Notes: generated by a model not told the origin, from the letters alone. Numbered from the stretch's first letter, positions 38,959-52,631 are shown. The stretch is 64,000 nt of DNA from Octopus vulgaris (GCA_951406725.2 OX597817.1:29078001-29142000), one strand, 5' to 3'. Program-made: numbers and translations.

Positions 38959-39380
38959 AGCTGTTAGCGCACAAGACTAAATGCATTTATTCTGGGTTTA
39001 CATTCAGAGTTCAAATCCCACTGCAGCAGGCTTTGCCTTCCATCCTTTTGGGGTAATGAAATAAGTACAAGTTGAGTACTGGGGTCAGTGTAATCGACCA
39101 GCCCCCTCCCCCAACATTTCAGGCCTTGTGTTTATGGCAAAAAGGATAATTATTGTTGTTGTTGTTGTCACTGTTATTACAGTGTATTGGCTGAATTATT
39201 TGAGTATTGAACAAAATATCTTGTTTTATTTGTTCTGACTCTTTTCACTTTAAATTCAAATCCAACAGGAGTCAATTTTGCCTTTCAATCTTTTGGTTTG
39301 ATAAATCAAAATACCAGTCAGCTACTGGAGGTCTTCTCTCAAATTAAGACTTTGTGCCTATATTTGAAACAGTCATTATT
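38955..39380 (+). mobile_element. two tandem family B SINEs
   Basis: AAGCTGGCAGCTGTTAGC..CAGAGTTCAAATCCC..CTTTGCCTTCCATCC and TGGCTGAATT..AATTCAAATCC..TTTTGCCTTTCAATC, with ATT/GTT tails. Confidence 0.85.
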
Positions 39381-39384
39381 ATCA

Positions 39385-39550
39385 TCTCACTTGTCACACA
39401 GCATTTGTGGCTGGTGGTGGAATACGAGTGCCAGCTGTCCAAAACCCATGGATCGAATGAGGTGCCACCTTCAATTGTCAAGCACTCTTCTAGATATTCT
39501 AATTGTTCCAAGGAGTGTTATTTTCTTTAAGTGTCCCACCCTGATATTGT
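39385..39550 (-). mobile_element. R4/Dong-type retroelement 3' fragment 3 (last codons and UTR)
   Basis: Minus strand LKKITLLGTIRISRRVLDN*, the typical LQK..LLGTARILRRVL* terminus. Confidence 0.7.
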
Positions 39551-39574
39551 TCATGATTTATCATTATTATTATT

Positions 39575-41105
39575 TTATGAAAACTCACAGCCTTTTTTGC
39601 TGGGTATATGGAAAATGTCAGCTGTCCACAGTCAGTAGAATGTAACACTTGTTTTCTGGTCATGCTTCAAGAACCCAGCAAAGAAATCTTGTAGTTCCAA
39701 GCAATGCTGATTTTTGAGGTGTTTTACCTTCACACTTGCCCTGATCTTTCTCAGCCATGTTGGCAGTTGAATGCTGATACTTCCAAGTGCACCAATTACT
39801 ATTGGTATCATGTCTACTCTCTTCATTTACCACAACCTTTGTATTTCACACTTCTAATCGTCATAGTTTATTTTTTCTTCTTCGTTCACATTGATCCTGT
39901 TATCACTGGGGTATGCTATATCGACTATCATACATGTTCTTTTCTTTTTATCCACCACAACCATGTCCGGTTTCCAATGTCTGGTTAGGTGATCACACTG
40001 GATCATTGCATCCCACAGGATTTTGCAATTCTCATTCTCAGTGACTCCTTCTGGAGTTTGCTCATACCACGTCATTGCTCTTTTTAGACCGTGATTTCCA
40101 CAGAGCTCCCAATAGATCATTCTTGCCACACTGTTATGATGTCTTTTGTATTCGTGTTGTGCCAATTTCGGGCATTCGCTAACAATGTGCCATACCATTT
40201 CATCCCTCTCACCATACATTCTGCTTTTGTCGCTATCGGCAGTGTTGTTTATTCTGCACTCCATATACTTGGTCTTTAATGCTTGTTCCTGAGCTGTGCA
40301 TATGAGTGCTTTTGTCTTCTCTATCTTCAGGTCACTCCTCCTCATCCATAGCCACCATCCTCTGTATCTGTATTGGCATTCACATCTCTTGCAAACTGAC
40401 TGTACATTTTCTTTTCCTTCCAGGTTTTTCCTTTATTTACTCTTTTACTTGTTTCAGTCATTTGACTGTGGCCATGCTGGAGCACGCCTTTAGTCGAGCA
40501 AATCGACCCAGGGACTTATTCTTTGTAAGCCCAGTACTTATTCTATCGGTCTCTTTTGCCGAACCGCTAAGTGACGGGGACGTAAACTCACCAGCATCGG
40601 TTGTCAAGCAATGCTAGGAGGACAAACACAGACACACATACATACATACATACATAGATATATACGACAGGCTTCTTTCAGTTTCCGTCTACCAAATCTA
40701 CTCACAAGGCATTGGTCGGCCCTGGGGCTATAGCAGAAGACACTTACCCAAAATGCCACGCAGTGGGACTGAACCCGGAACCATGTGGTTGGTAAACAAG
40801 CTACTTACCACACAGCCACTCATGCGCCTATTTGTTCATTTCTTGTTTAAATTTTTCTTTAGTTACTCAATTTTCAGTTTTTATGATGCCAGCCTTATTT
40901 GTGTGTTTCAACAGTGGCTCCATGGCATTTTTTATATACCACCATAGGCTGTTTTCCTCTGTTTCTATACAGTCTTGGCAACTGATCAAAACTCTCCCAC
41001 CCTTTCTTCTGGACGAGTACACCCTATCAATGTCACTCTTGGAATAGAAGACTCTATGTACTGTCACCATTTTTCTGGTCTTGGTATCCATTTTCTTCAT
41101 TTCTC
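39575..41105 (-). mobile_element. R4/Dong-type retroelement fragment 4 (RT thumb, degraded CCHC, REL endonuclease), interrupted by a SINE
   Basis: KSDIDRVYSSRRKGGRVL (40867-41100); AQEQALKT..HIVSECPKLAQHEYKRHHNSVA..ILWD..KPDMVVVDKK..IVDIAYP..EEKI (39854-40345); IPIVIGALG (39632-39826). Confidence 0.93.
40440..40828 (-). mobile_element. SINE family A inserted in the R4/Dong element
   Basis: Reverse complement of the family A sequence; Dong coding remnants continue on both sides. Confidence 0.95.
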
Positions 41106-42153
41106 TCTTTTGCCATTTTTATTATTACTGTTGCTTTTTATTATATTTTTAGCTTAAATATTTAGAATTTATAGTCGTCAAAATAACAATAAGTGCATTG
41201 TTGGTTTAGTCTTTGCATCCTTAGTATAATATCATTTCATCTTGCTCACAGTGAAGCACTATAAAACTGTTAAGGAATAGATCAGAAAATAAATATCAAA
41301 TTTCCTGAAAATATCTGACATAGTAGGTTCTTTAAAGCAATTTGTATTTACTTATCTTTGTTTGAAATGACAACTAGAGAGATAGATTTTTGTGAAATGT
41401 TATATACCAACCACATTGTCATTGCAAAATTTGTTGCTTCACCTTTTAGGATAGTTTTCTTAAACTATTTTCAATTGGTCTGAACTATCTGATTGATGCA
41501 TAGTCGTTTCAATGAAAGAATAATACACTAAATGTTAAAAGCAGAATTCTGGTGACTATTAAGTGAGTTTTTGGTTCCTTATATTAAAACTTTGTAAGGA
41601 TTGTAGACATGAAATGTTAGGTTTCAACTATTCTATCACTGTTATAAAACATCAGTGCTAATACCATATAATATCTGTTTCATCTATGATTTTTTTTTAT
41701 ATACACTAGAATATTCCCCAACAACCACCATATGACCATCACAAAATATATGACAATTTTTGGTTTTATCTAGATGTTAGTTAAATAGGAAGTTATTTAG
41801 GAGAATGACAAATTCTAAATAGGAATTTGTTTAGTTTTCATAGCTTTTCAGTTACTTTTGTCTCTGTAGCATATTTTTGTTGAAATAAGATCTGATTAAT
41901 TTGGGATTAACCAAACAAATATAACTTCGAATACCCTACAGTTCCATTTGATAGATGAAGACAATGTGTTTTTGCCTTAGATTTATAGTATAGTACATAC
42001 AATAAATTTGTGACAATGACTTAAGTGCCATGAATTATATTTTTCACCTACCAATTCCCAATATCTTTGCTGTTATATTTAATGCATTAATCATTTCTGT
42101 ATGGAACTCAATATCCCATATTGTGAACATGATGGTATTATTGGCCAATCAAC

Positions 42154-42952
42154 TTAACCCTTTCATTACTATATTTCTAACCAAAATACACTCCTTATGA
42201 GTTTCAATTAAATTATAAAATAATCATGAATTTAGACCAGTTTCATTAAACAACTGTAACTTATCAACATATTAATGTGATTTTTGGAACACAATTTAAG
42301 AAAAGGCTCTCAATCAATCCTATTGCAAAACTTTTTTTCCAATTTGTTTACATTCTGCATGATGGTTCGTTACCTCAGTGATGGCTTCAAGCAAGCTTAC
42401 AAGTAAAAAATTTAAAAAAAAGTCTAATGGTTTCACTTCCTGAGAAAGACTATGAGTAGATCCAGTCTCATCAGAAAAATTATTGATAAAAATATGTTTT
42501 AACTTCTTACCCCATTCAGATGTAAAATCTTCCTCACTATCACTATCGCCACTTTCAGTTTCGGATACAGAAATATCCAATTCATTTTCACACACCACGT
42601 GCTTTTCTAGTTCACTCATACTTTTGCCCAGTTTCTCCATAGCTTCCATTGAAAAGCCCTCAAATTCAGAATCACTGCTTGATAGCCTGAAACTCCTATC
42701 CATTTTAAAAGTTGAAAACAATTGCCACAGAAAAAATGTGGAAAAATATCTCCTGAAATTCACAGAGTTCAGATATCAAATCAAACAATGTCAGATACTA
42801 TAACTCAACTATTTACAAGGTGAAATTACATGTTTTCCCAAATGTACTAAAGAGATTTGTGCACATTTAAATAAGAATGGGTTCACTAGGCTGGGTTGGT
42901 TGTTTGAGCCAAAATATTTTTTGGCTGGTTGGGTTGGTATCAAAAGGGTTAA
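42154..42952 (-). mobile_element. internally deleted piggyBac element with TTAA TSDs
   Basis: TTAA-CCCTTTCATTAC ... GTATCAAAAGGG-TTAA (TTAA at 42154-42157 and 42949-42952); contains a transposase N-terminal ORF. Confidence 0.88.
42320..42703 (-). pseudogene. truncated piggyBac transposase N-terminus (no DDD catalytic domain)
   Basis: MDRSFRLSSSDSEFEGFS, acidic Ser-rich tract, then W..FSDETG..L....KPLDFFLNFL..LLEAITEVTNHHAE, matching the start of the piggyBac DDE_Tnp_1_7 region (P.DFF.LF...I..ETN.YA). Confidence 0.8.
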
Positions 42953-43629
42953 TAGTGAAATATAGTCTAACTTCAGTAGAATGGTTCCTCGAATCCATTG
43001 TACTTGCAAGGTTTCCATTAGTTATCTCATTTCATGCTAAATTAAATACTAATTTCTCACACAGAAATAAAAAAAAAGATATTAGTATACAAGGCATTAA
43101 ATTATCTAATCTTAGTGAGCAGGATCAAATTGATTATAGGTGTTCTGTATTTCTGAGCAAGACACTTTATCTTATTTATCTGAGTTATCTGTACATGTTA
43201 CTATCGGTAACAGTTACCAGATCAAGTGGAAATATTTCTTGAGATACATGTCATTCTCTCCAAGATAAAATTTATCCCTCATCTTTTTTCACACAATGAA
43301 ATAACAGCTAGCTACATGTTGTTAATGGATCCACCAGGACTAAGGAAAGAAATTGTTTCTTTCTTTCAACATAGAAATAAAGTCACGTATCTGTTGGAAA
43401 GAAAAATGGAATGTTCTGACAAAATTGTCATTTCTTGGCACATTGAAGTGGTTCCAACCAGTAATAAGAATAACATCATAGTCTAACCATATAGATATCT
43501 GAGAAGAGTGTAAAAGTGCCTTCGCAAATTAATAGGATATAGGTGATGTGTGAAACTACACAAAAACTTAATTTTTATCAATAATTTTGTTTAATAAAAT
43601 TCTTATCACCAATTTCATGGGCTAAATTT

Positions 43630-45640
43630 CTTCCATATTACTATATAATGTTGAGACTTTTAAGTACTGCCCAAGATTTACTGATACTTAACTTAATATC
43701 TGCATTTGTAGATACCATATTGTTTCCGGGGTACACAAAAGAATTAGCTGGTTTTATTGAGCTTCAGCCCAATAGGTGGTCATGCCTTCCAAATTGTATC
43801 TGAGGAATTCCATTTTTTTAGCATCACCATAGGGACTAAAACCTTCGGGGCATCTTCCAGGCTGGGAAGTAGAACAATGGCTCCTGCAAGCATGTCTGAT
43901 ATTAGAGCTAAACTCTTAGAGAATCTAATAAGAAACTTCTGTACAATGATTTGTTCAAAGCTTCCTAAAGTATTAAATACCATCTGAGAAAGAAGGATTC
44001 ACTTTGCTGAACTCTACACTTCAAAATGGTCTTAATTTGTTGAAACCAAGATTATATGAATTAACCCCATCTTGATGATAACAGTGAAAAATTCTCCAGC
44101 CAAATGTGACTTTCCTTGTAGATTAAGGTTTTAAAGTATGAAATTTGTAGTTTTAATTCCTAGAAATTAATATGCATTTAAAACTATAATGGATTTGGTC
44201 CATTCAGAACATAATACATATAATCACAGATAGAGATGTATGAAGTTCAAAAACATTCGTTGCAAAAGCCACAAATCTAAAAACTTCAAAATTGCAAGCT
44301 ATAAATCCTAAATAAGTGAAATCAGTATGGTAATACTCATCAGCGTCAATATCAATTAGTAGTGTTTTTCCTGTACTTCTGAAGTATTGACAGTTAAAAC
44401 AGTAATGGACATAGTGAAGATAGATTATTTTCTAATTTTCAAAATGTCTGATTGTTTTATGATAGCAATGTTCTTCTTTCATTTGCTATGCTCCCCTTTA
44501 TATCAAATATTCTAAGTATGGTCATCCATATATTTGAATTATTTAGGTATATTTTACAATTATTTGCATGTATATGGTTAACGTGTTTTGCTTCATCATT
44601 ACCTGATTTCAAATTTCCATCCACTGTCTGTTGGGCAAATTCCCAATGTTTTGACGGTGACACTAAATTCAGTGAAATTTGGTAGTTTGTCAAGTTGGTG
44701 GATTGAACATTTCAGAAAATTCCTCCATGTTTGATAGATTAACTGGTTTAGGAACTGGTTGAAATCTTCTTCCCAGTGATCCATATTCTTGACTGGTCTA
44801 TCAGTGATGTATTGCCTAATTACTTAACCGATGCCATGGGACAATTTCTGTCACTACAGAGGGTTATTATAATTTGATATTGTCTATACTAGACTCATTC
44901 CATATATTTGGATTTCTTGAACTTTTGCAATTCACCATTTTTGAATTTTTTTTTTTTTGGCTGAGCATGGTGCTTTAAGCCTTATTTTGAATTTATCTAT
45001 TTAGTGAGTGATGGGAATTGTAAAGAGTTACTTGTAAATCTTGTACATTTTGTCCATGAGCCTGCTGATGAGCTAGAGTTCACATTTTTGAATTTTGAGT
45101 ATGATCATTTCAGTAACATCATTAACTTAAGAAAAAGTATTTGTCATTCATACCAACCTCTGAAGTGAAGAGGGAACGGCAAAGTCCTTATATTTAACAG
45201 AACTGTGAATCTTGTTGCAATTAAGCCACTTGCTATTTAGTCTTTTGGGTGTTTGAAAGGGGACACATGCAATCTAACCTTTGTAAGTGTTATACAATGG
45301 TCTTTCCACTGTTCAGTTCTCATAAACCGTTGAGTAACACATCTTTGAAATCTATTTGTCTGGTCATTTTGAAGTCAGTAGGATGCTAGTTCTTGGATCT
45401 TAGATACATCTATGTAGTTTTATGTTACTTCTTCTGGTGAAAGTAAGTATTTATAATGGCCATACTCTGCATACCTAGATAAAAGTCCAATACCTTGCTG
45501 TTCATTTTTTTCAATAGTGGTCACTAACCATGCATCGGAATCACCAATCATGATAAAACATAGTGTATCATAGTGTCTCTCAGTAAAGCAGATGTAAAGT
45601 AATATTAGCTGCTCATTGATGCCTACATTCATGCACACTT
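43630..45640 (-). pseudogene. ancient APE-RT LINE (RTE/RTEX-like) remnant
   Basis: Minus strand, in the expected order: WLVTTIEKNEQQGIGLLS and LNSKWLN (APE-like), MDHWEEDFNQFLN..LDKLP (linker), FVYPGNNMVSTNADIKLSISKSWAVLKSLNII (cf. F.YLGS..STE.DI..RI.KAW..L..L..IW). Confidence 0.6.
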
Positions 45641-48600
45641 ATACACATATATGTTTGTGTGCATAATTATGTATAGTGCTCGGATAAACATATTTCTAAA
45701 GTATTAAGATGAAAGTTAACATGTGATGCATTGCTTACATACTGAATAAAAATAGTTTTAGGTTATTGTAAATTTGTGAGGTGAGCAACAGCACTGAAGA
45801 TAAGTTTCGATATATTGCTGTCATTATCATCATCATTTAACGTCCGCTTTCCATGCTAGCATGGGTTGGACAAGTGTTTCAAGTTTTTGCTATTCTCTTG
45901 TATGTTGATGTGTTACACATAGCTGTTATTGTTACATAATCCCAAGTTAATTCTGATAATGTAAACCTATATTCACAGCAGTCCAGTTTTGACCATGCCA
46001 TCTTTCTTTTAAACATTGCATTGCGTCTTGCTTTGCCCTAAGATAACGAGGAGTTGACACGGATTTGGCTGTCATATCTATCAGGTCAAATGACAACATA
46101 GAGGATTCGATATTAATTCATGATGCAAGTGATAGATATGGTTCACATCCTATGATTTCTGGTTGAGTTTTTAAATTTGATATTTTGAATAACTTTTCAG
46201 AAAAAATATTGCATAGAAATTCTGGTCAGAGATTATATAAAAGCATTATTTAAAAAAAAATTTATCATATTTTAGAGATATTCAAATATGAATATCAATA
46301 TTTGCTCGATATATTCTATTTTTAAATTATATCATTTTATAACTTCGAAAAATATTAATTTCTTAAATCAATTCTTCTATTTTATCTTTATAAGAATACT
46401 TTTCTTTCATGTTTGCTATAAATATTTCTCATTATGAATGCCTTCAGCCATACCTGAAGCAATGTCATGTTCATATGATTAAGTATTCAATACACATACA
46501 TTCATACATATAGATTTATTATGGAATGCGTTAAAATACAGAAATAGCTTATAAATATACTTACTAATAATATAAAGGTATATATATTTGCATGATTTTA
46601 TTCATTATATATATATATATATTTATATATTTTCTTCATGTATGTATTTTGTAAATTTATTTTTTATAAAGAGAAAAATTATTGTCTACTATTCTTTTGA
46701 ATTAAGAAAGTATTAAAAGTATTAGTTGTTTTTTGCTTTTTGGCCCCAAACCAGTCAATTTGAACAGACTTTATGTTCAAAAACAGGACTGTCTCTATAT
46801 TCATTTCAGGAATGAATACCACCCCCACTACATTATCATATGTATCAGTTTTTATTTAAGGGAGATTTGGCTTATATTTGTCTAAGTCTAATCAATTGGC
46901 TCGCGAATATGATAGAAAAATATATAAGAATTATTGTGCCTATAAAATGGGATTGAAATTTTATTCTATCTGACAAAATACTTGTTACAAATAATTACTT
47001 ATCTCCGTTAATTGCTAAAAAACATTTTTCTTATCTAGACATCTATTCTATATTACTGAATCTATTTTATGTGCAATATGTTTTACTTATACATCCAGAG
47101 AGCAAGGTAAATTAAAACTCTCTGATATGCCTAAGTAAGATGATTGCTTTAAATGATATATAATTCAAGGAATATATCGCAAAATGTGTATCTAATTATG
47201 ACGTATCTACTCTTCAGAAATAAAGTGATGACAACTTTATAATATTCAATAATGGAGTTATTAACTGATTAACCTTTTTCACAAAATTGTATTCTATTTT
47301 CAGTATTCCACAATAATTATAAAATTGTTTTCTGAGACATTATTGAGTAAATGAATTTATCAAGTTACATGAAATGTATAACCTTTCTATTTTACAAACA
47401 AGCATTTGCTACCGAGGAAAATATTCATTGCTAAAAATACACTTACTTTAAATCTCTCCTGAAATTATCTACAAATTCAGAAAAAATCTAATAAGTGCTG
47501 GTATAGAGACAAAATGTGCATAAATTCGTTAAGAATCAGAGAGAGATGAAATGTAGAAGTCATCTTGTAAATACAACCGAATTTGGAAACCGGCAAGTGG
47601 TTTGATGGCTTGAGAAATAAGAAAAAAAGCTATGAACTGTTAATAGAAAGATAGAATCAAAGAGAGTTAGTAATAAGAAACAAGTTGTATATTGAATTAG
47701 AGAGAGCGAAGACCATTTAAGAAACAGAGGCTATTATATCTTTTATATGCCAGTGTCCAAACATATTTTTATCTTCTTTTCGAAAGAGCATTGTGTCTAG
47801 TCATCAGCTGATAATAACAATGAAAGAACTCCACGACTTAGTTACTAATTATTTTTAGAATTGTGATGAATTTCCCATGGCACCAGAATGTAAGACATTC
47901 ATTCTTCTTGCTATATTTATTATTTCCTTCATTTCCTATTGTCATTATTGTTATTGGTTTTATTATTATTATTAATAACTGTTTTATTGTTATTGCAATC
48001 ATCATTTTTTTGTACAATAATAATCAATATGGTTAACTGCTGGGAATTCAAAACCATCTGTTAATTTCATTAGGAATATTGTAATGTTTATGCATGGCCT
48101 TAGAGGACACTTTTCCCTACATCTTGAAGGCAACAGAGAACAACTGGCTGTATGGCTCTTCAGAATTAGATTACCTATTTGGTTAGAAAGTGAGATACAC
48201 ATTTGAACATATTAACACAATTTTATAACACATACTGGTTTTTTGCTTTGTGAAGAATGACTGACCAGGAAAAGTTTCTCAATTTTTGCTAACAACAGCA
48301 TAAATTTTAGTGGGTTTCTTATCCCAAATTAAATCTGCTGACAACAGAATTCCTTAATGTTGCCAGGGGAAATATGTTTCATTGTAAGTTTGCAGCTAAA
48401 CTGTATGGACTACATCAAACTTTTTTTACACTGAATTATTATTTCTTGCTTATTCATACATAAAATGTCTAAGCAGATAGCTTAGTTGCAAAAATCTAAT
48501 AGCTGCTAGGAACATCGGAATTCTAGATTTAAGTAATTTCAACTCGTTCCTCTTCAGGTGAAACAATAAATAACAGAAATAAAAAAAAATTGAAATAAGC

Positions 48601-49062
48601 ATGGCTAGAACGTGGTAAAAATTGTAAACACTCTAAAAAGTAGGAGATGATTATTAGAACCAATACCTTAGTCAATTTTGTGAATTTAAGTGAAAGTAAA
48701 GTTATTTTCCCTGAAAAGGATGCCCTGGAAACAGTATGGAAACATTCCAAGGACCTTCAAAATTGAGGACAATGATAACCAAGAAAGAAATGAGAATATG
48801 CCATGAAGGAGTGAAAATATGGTACTTTCAGGGAACTATAAAGAGGCAATATAGAAAGCTAGGTGTCAAATGGACTTGACTAGGAAAGCAATAGAGGGGA
48901 GAGGAAATACTCATTTTGAATAACAAAGCAGTCAATTTCTATGAATCATTGAGAAATGTGTCGAGTTTTTTGTCAAAGATAGTAAATAAAAAACTTTCCT
49001 CTTTCTCTTTTTTCTTCTTTCTACTGACTGAGGAATATAAATAATGATGATTGAGCTTAACC

Positions 49063-50166
49063 CTAAAAAAGTTAGGCATAAGAATAATTAGTTGCAGTAT
49101 GTAAGAGAGAAGATCGTGTTGGTTTGGTCTTGTGATTTGTACGGATAAAGACAGTTGCATAAAGAAGTGCCAATGACTTAAGTGGCTAGAAGCTGTGGAA
49201 GAGGGAGACCCAGAAAGACACAGGATGAAGTATTGATGGCCCATCTCAAAACACTGAGCCTTACAAAGGATATGCTAAAACCACCTTGGTAATGTCCTGT
49301 CAACCTTCTCTCCCTCCCACCCACATTTCATCCCCTAACACCCACCACTTCCTCTAACACTTGAGAGCAGAATAGACACATACTACAACCCCTGGTTTTC
49401 TCAGTTACCTTTACTCCTTCCTACCAGTTACCTTCTTCTCCCACCTCCTTTCTGCATTTTCTCTCCCCTCCTTGTGCTCCTTTTCATCATCGACTCCTTA
49501 CTTGCTTGCTATCACCCTCAATGCCCTCATATATCTGTTATAGCTCTCACCTCCAATCCTCTCCTATGCTTCTCTCCATCATTTGCTACAGTCACCTCAT
49601 CCTGCCCACTCACCTAGCTCAAGCCTCTGTATCACCTCACCTATTCTCACTACCTCCAATGTCCCTTGTGGGCATGTTCCAACACATCTCTGTCATCATT
49701 TCTCTCATTATCACTCCCTTCATCTTATTCTCCAACCCTCTTTTGTTTTCCAGCTGGAGTATCCATGTGTCTGGTCCACAGTAAAACACATATCTCTCTC
49801 CTCTATACCTTAAATCTCTCAAATTGCATGCCCTGTCAGTCAGTACAGCCGTCTCTCCCAGTTGAGGGGTTTTTGTCTCCTAAGGTACTTCATGACCCTG
49901 TCAGTGCGGGTGCTGTGTGAAAAGCACTAGTGCTGGGGTCATGTAAAATGTACTTGTGACGATGCCATGATAAAATCACTTGTGATGGTGCCACATGAAA
50001 GGCACCCAGTGCACTCTGTAAAGTGGTTGGAATTAGGAAGAGTATCCAGTTGTAGAAATCATACCAAAACAGACTATGGAATCTGATGTGGCTTCTGGTC
50101 TTGCCAACTCCTGTCAAATTGTTCAACCCATGCTGGCATGGAAAAGTGACATTAAATGATGATGAC
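49063..50166 (+). mobile_element. RTE LINE 3' end with a long pyrimidine-rich 3' UTR
   Basis: KLGIRIISCSM*ERRSCWFGLV...CGRGRPRKTQDEVL, then a CT-rich tract (~49290-49860) and a tail ending CCCATGCTGGCATGGAAAAGTGACATTAAATGATGATGAC. Confidence 0.85.
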
Positions 50167-50564
50167 AATCTTTGTGACATTCCTTTTGCTTATTCCACCC
50201 CACCCCTCCAGCCTTGTATTTGTTCACATCACATGAATCAATTATTATTTTGGCCCGACATTCAGAAAGCTATAAGTAAACTGAATTCTCTTCATATACT
50301 TTATTTCTGAGACCAGATGTGATATTTGCCTCATAAACGTTTAGTGCAATTTTGATTTCATAAAATAATACATTTTATGTAAATAGCCAAATAAAAAGTT
50401 ATCATTTTCCAGATTACATTCTTTATTTGTAAGAATATTTATCAATATTTGTATACATATTACGCCAAGTACTTAATAACCTTAACATATTCTCTAAGTA
50501 TTAATAGGATGTTTAAAAGCATCTATTTTCTTGTGCAATAGAAGCCATTATTAACTGATATTTT

Positions 50565-50765
50565 GTTAGCACACTGAGCAAAATGCTTAGCAGTATTTCA
50601 TCTGCCATTATGTTTGGAGTTCAAATTTCACTGAGGTCGACTTCGCCTTTCATTCTTTTGGGGTTGGTAAATTAAGCACCAGTTGTTACACATTGGGGTC
50701 AATGTAAATGACCTATTTCCTCCCACCAAATTTCAAGCCTTGCACCTACAGTAGAAAGGATTATT
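50565..50765 (+). mobile_element. SINE family B
   Basis: GTTAGCACACTGAGCAAAATGCTTAGCAG..GAGTTCAAATT..GAGGTCGACTTCGCCTTTCAT..GTAGAAAGGATTATT. Confidence 0.88.
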
Positions 50766-51114
50766 AACTTATATTTTTACTGTTAAATGTCTACACATGC
50801 ACATTAATGTCTGGGTTCATATTTTATAAACATTTTAAGAATAATTACAACATTTATGGGTGGAGAGATTCAAAATTAAAATTAGAGTAAAATTATACAT
50901 TTATTAAATTTACTATATCGTAGATCTTCGCAATGGCCAAAATGACTTATTTGACCAGTTGAATACACTATTAGGAAAACTTGAAGCCTCACTTAAATCC
51001 TTTATAGCACACACACTTATACACATGCATGCATGCACACACACACATGCACACACACACTCTCTCTCTCTCTCTCAGACGTACACATGTACATACATGT
51101 ACTCATACATTAAC

Positions 51115-51410
51115 CAGAGTAAGAACAGGCCAGAAAAAGACAAAGAAGGTATCACCACTCCTGACAATAAAGGAGGGTTTCTCTTAGAGTGAAAGGCAGA
51201 TTGAATGATGTATGCGATGTGATTGTATCATTCTGCATAGTAGTAAGACCTGAGCCTTGAATGCAGAGTATTTGCAAAGACTAGAAAAGAATGAAGAGAA
51301 AATACATCACTGGATGTGTAATGCTAGTCTACATCAATGATGGAGTACAAATGAGCTGATAGAAAAACTGATATAAAAGGAATCAGATTTAGAGTGCAAG
51401 AGAAAAGGGA
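51115..51410 (+). mobile_element. RTE ORF2 C-terminal fragment
   Basis: PLLTIK.GFSLRVKGRL..ILHSSKT*ALNAEYLQRLEKNE..HWMCN..STNELIEKL..GIRFRVQEKR across frames. Confidence 0.8.
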
Positions 51411-51416
51411 TATTTC

Positions 51417-51633
51417 AAGGCAGCGAGCTGGCAGAACTGTTAACATACCCGGCAAAATGCTTAGCAGCATTTCATCCATCCTTGCATTATGAGTTCAAAT
51501 TCTGCCAAGCTCAATTTAGCCTTTTATCCTTTTAGGGTCAATGAAATAAGTAGCAACTGAGCATTGGGGTTGATGTAATCAACTTAACCCCTACCCCAAA
51601 GTTTCAGGTCATGAGCCTACAGTAGAAAAGATT
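51417..51633 (+). mobile_element. SINE family B, full length
   Basis: AAGGCAGCGAGCTGGCAGAACTGTTAAC..GAGTTCAAATTCTGCC..GTAGAAAAGATTAT. Confidence 0.9.
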
Positions 51634-52631
51634 ATAGGCATGTGAAGTGTGTGTGTATGCATGTATGTGCATACGTGTGTGTGCATGCACATGCATATGT
51701 ATGTGTGCATACATGGTCACACATATACACAAATATTTAGTTTTCATTGATATTGCAGTTGATACAAAATTTAATTGAATTTTATTGCATCAGAAGATAA
51801 TATTTTCAACAAGAAATCTGTTTTCATCTTTGGTTGTCCTTTCAGTTATTGAGTTTTTAATATGGTTGTATTATAAATAAATCAAGATTATGTAACAGTG
51901 ATATTTATTTTGAGTGTAAAATTTTTTAAATATGTTTTTGTTATTTAATGTTTTACATTGTAAATAAATAAGTTGTGTAATTGATATCCATAGAGTGCTC
52001 CAGATGACTAAAACTTATGAAAAATTAGTAGTTATTTATTTTTTTATTCTGGAAGTGACAATATTTACAAACATTCACTTGTAGTCAAAATATTGGTTCC
52101 TATTTCTGGTAAGCTGATGAAGATTTTACAATCCTGACATGCAAGAACTAAATATTTTCAATGAGATATATTGATAACAAAATGAAAATTATGGAAAATT
52201 TTTTTTAAACAATCATAACAGTTGAGCTATTAAAACTGAAGTGCTAATATATAACTCATAAACTAACAGTTTACATGTCTCCAAGCACATTTTCTGCATT
52301 GTGCTGTGATTCAAGAAAAGCTGTACTATCTTTGATTGCTCCAACTTATCTTAGCTCTGTGAAACAAAGAAACAACTACAATGCGCTATGCCATTCAGTT
52401 CATACTTATCGTATGATTTCTCATTCAGAATATACAAGCATTGATTTTATATTTATTTTCATGGGATGGGTGCATCATACACTTGATTTTTTTCTTTTTT
52501 TTTTTTTTCTTTTTTAGCAAAATAATCACTTCAGTGTTGTTTAGAATCAACAGCAATGTTTTAGCACAACTAACTGAACTAATTAAAAAGCTGCTGCAGT
52601 TAGCTGACATGCTGTTGTCAATCCTCTATGC

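Noticed and set aside
44315-44345. CTGATGA plus a small hairpin on the minus strand (similar cases near 2870, 29765 and 47805)
   Set aside because: No correctly placed GAAA with helix II and helix III, so not a hammerhead.
47070-47112. Possible 8-nt micro-exon (..CATCCAG AGAGCAAG GTAAAT)
   Set aside because: Splice-like strings are common by chance; no transcript evidence.
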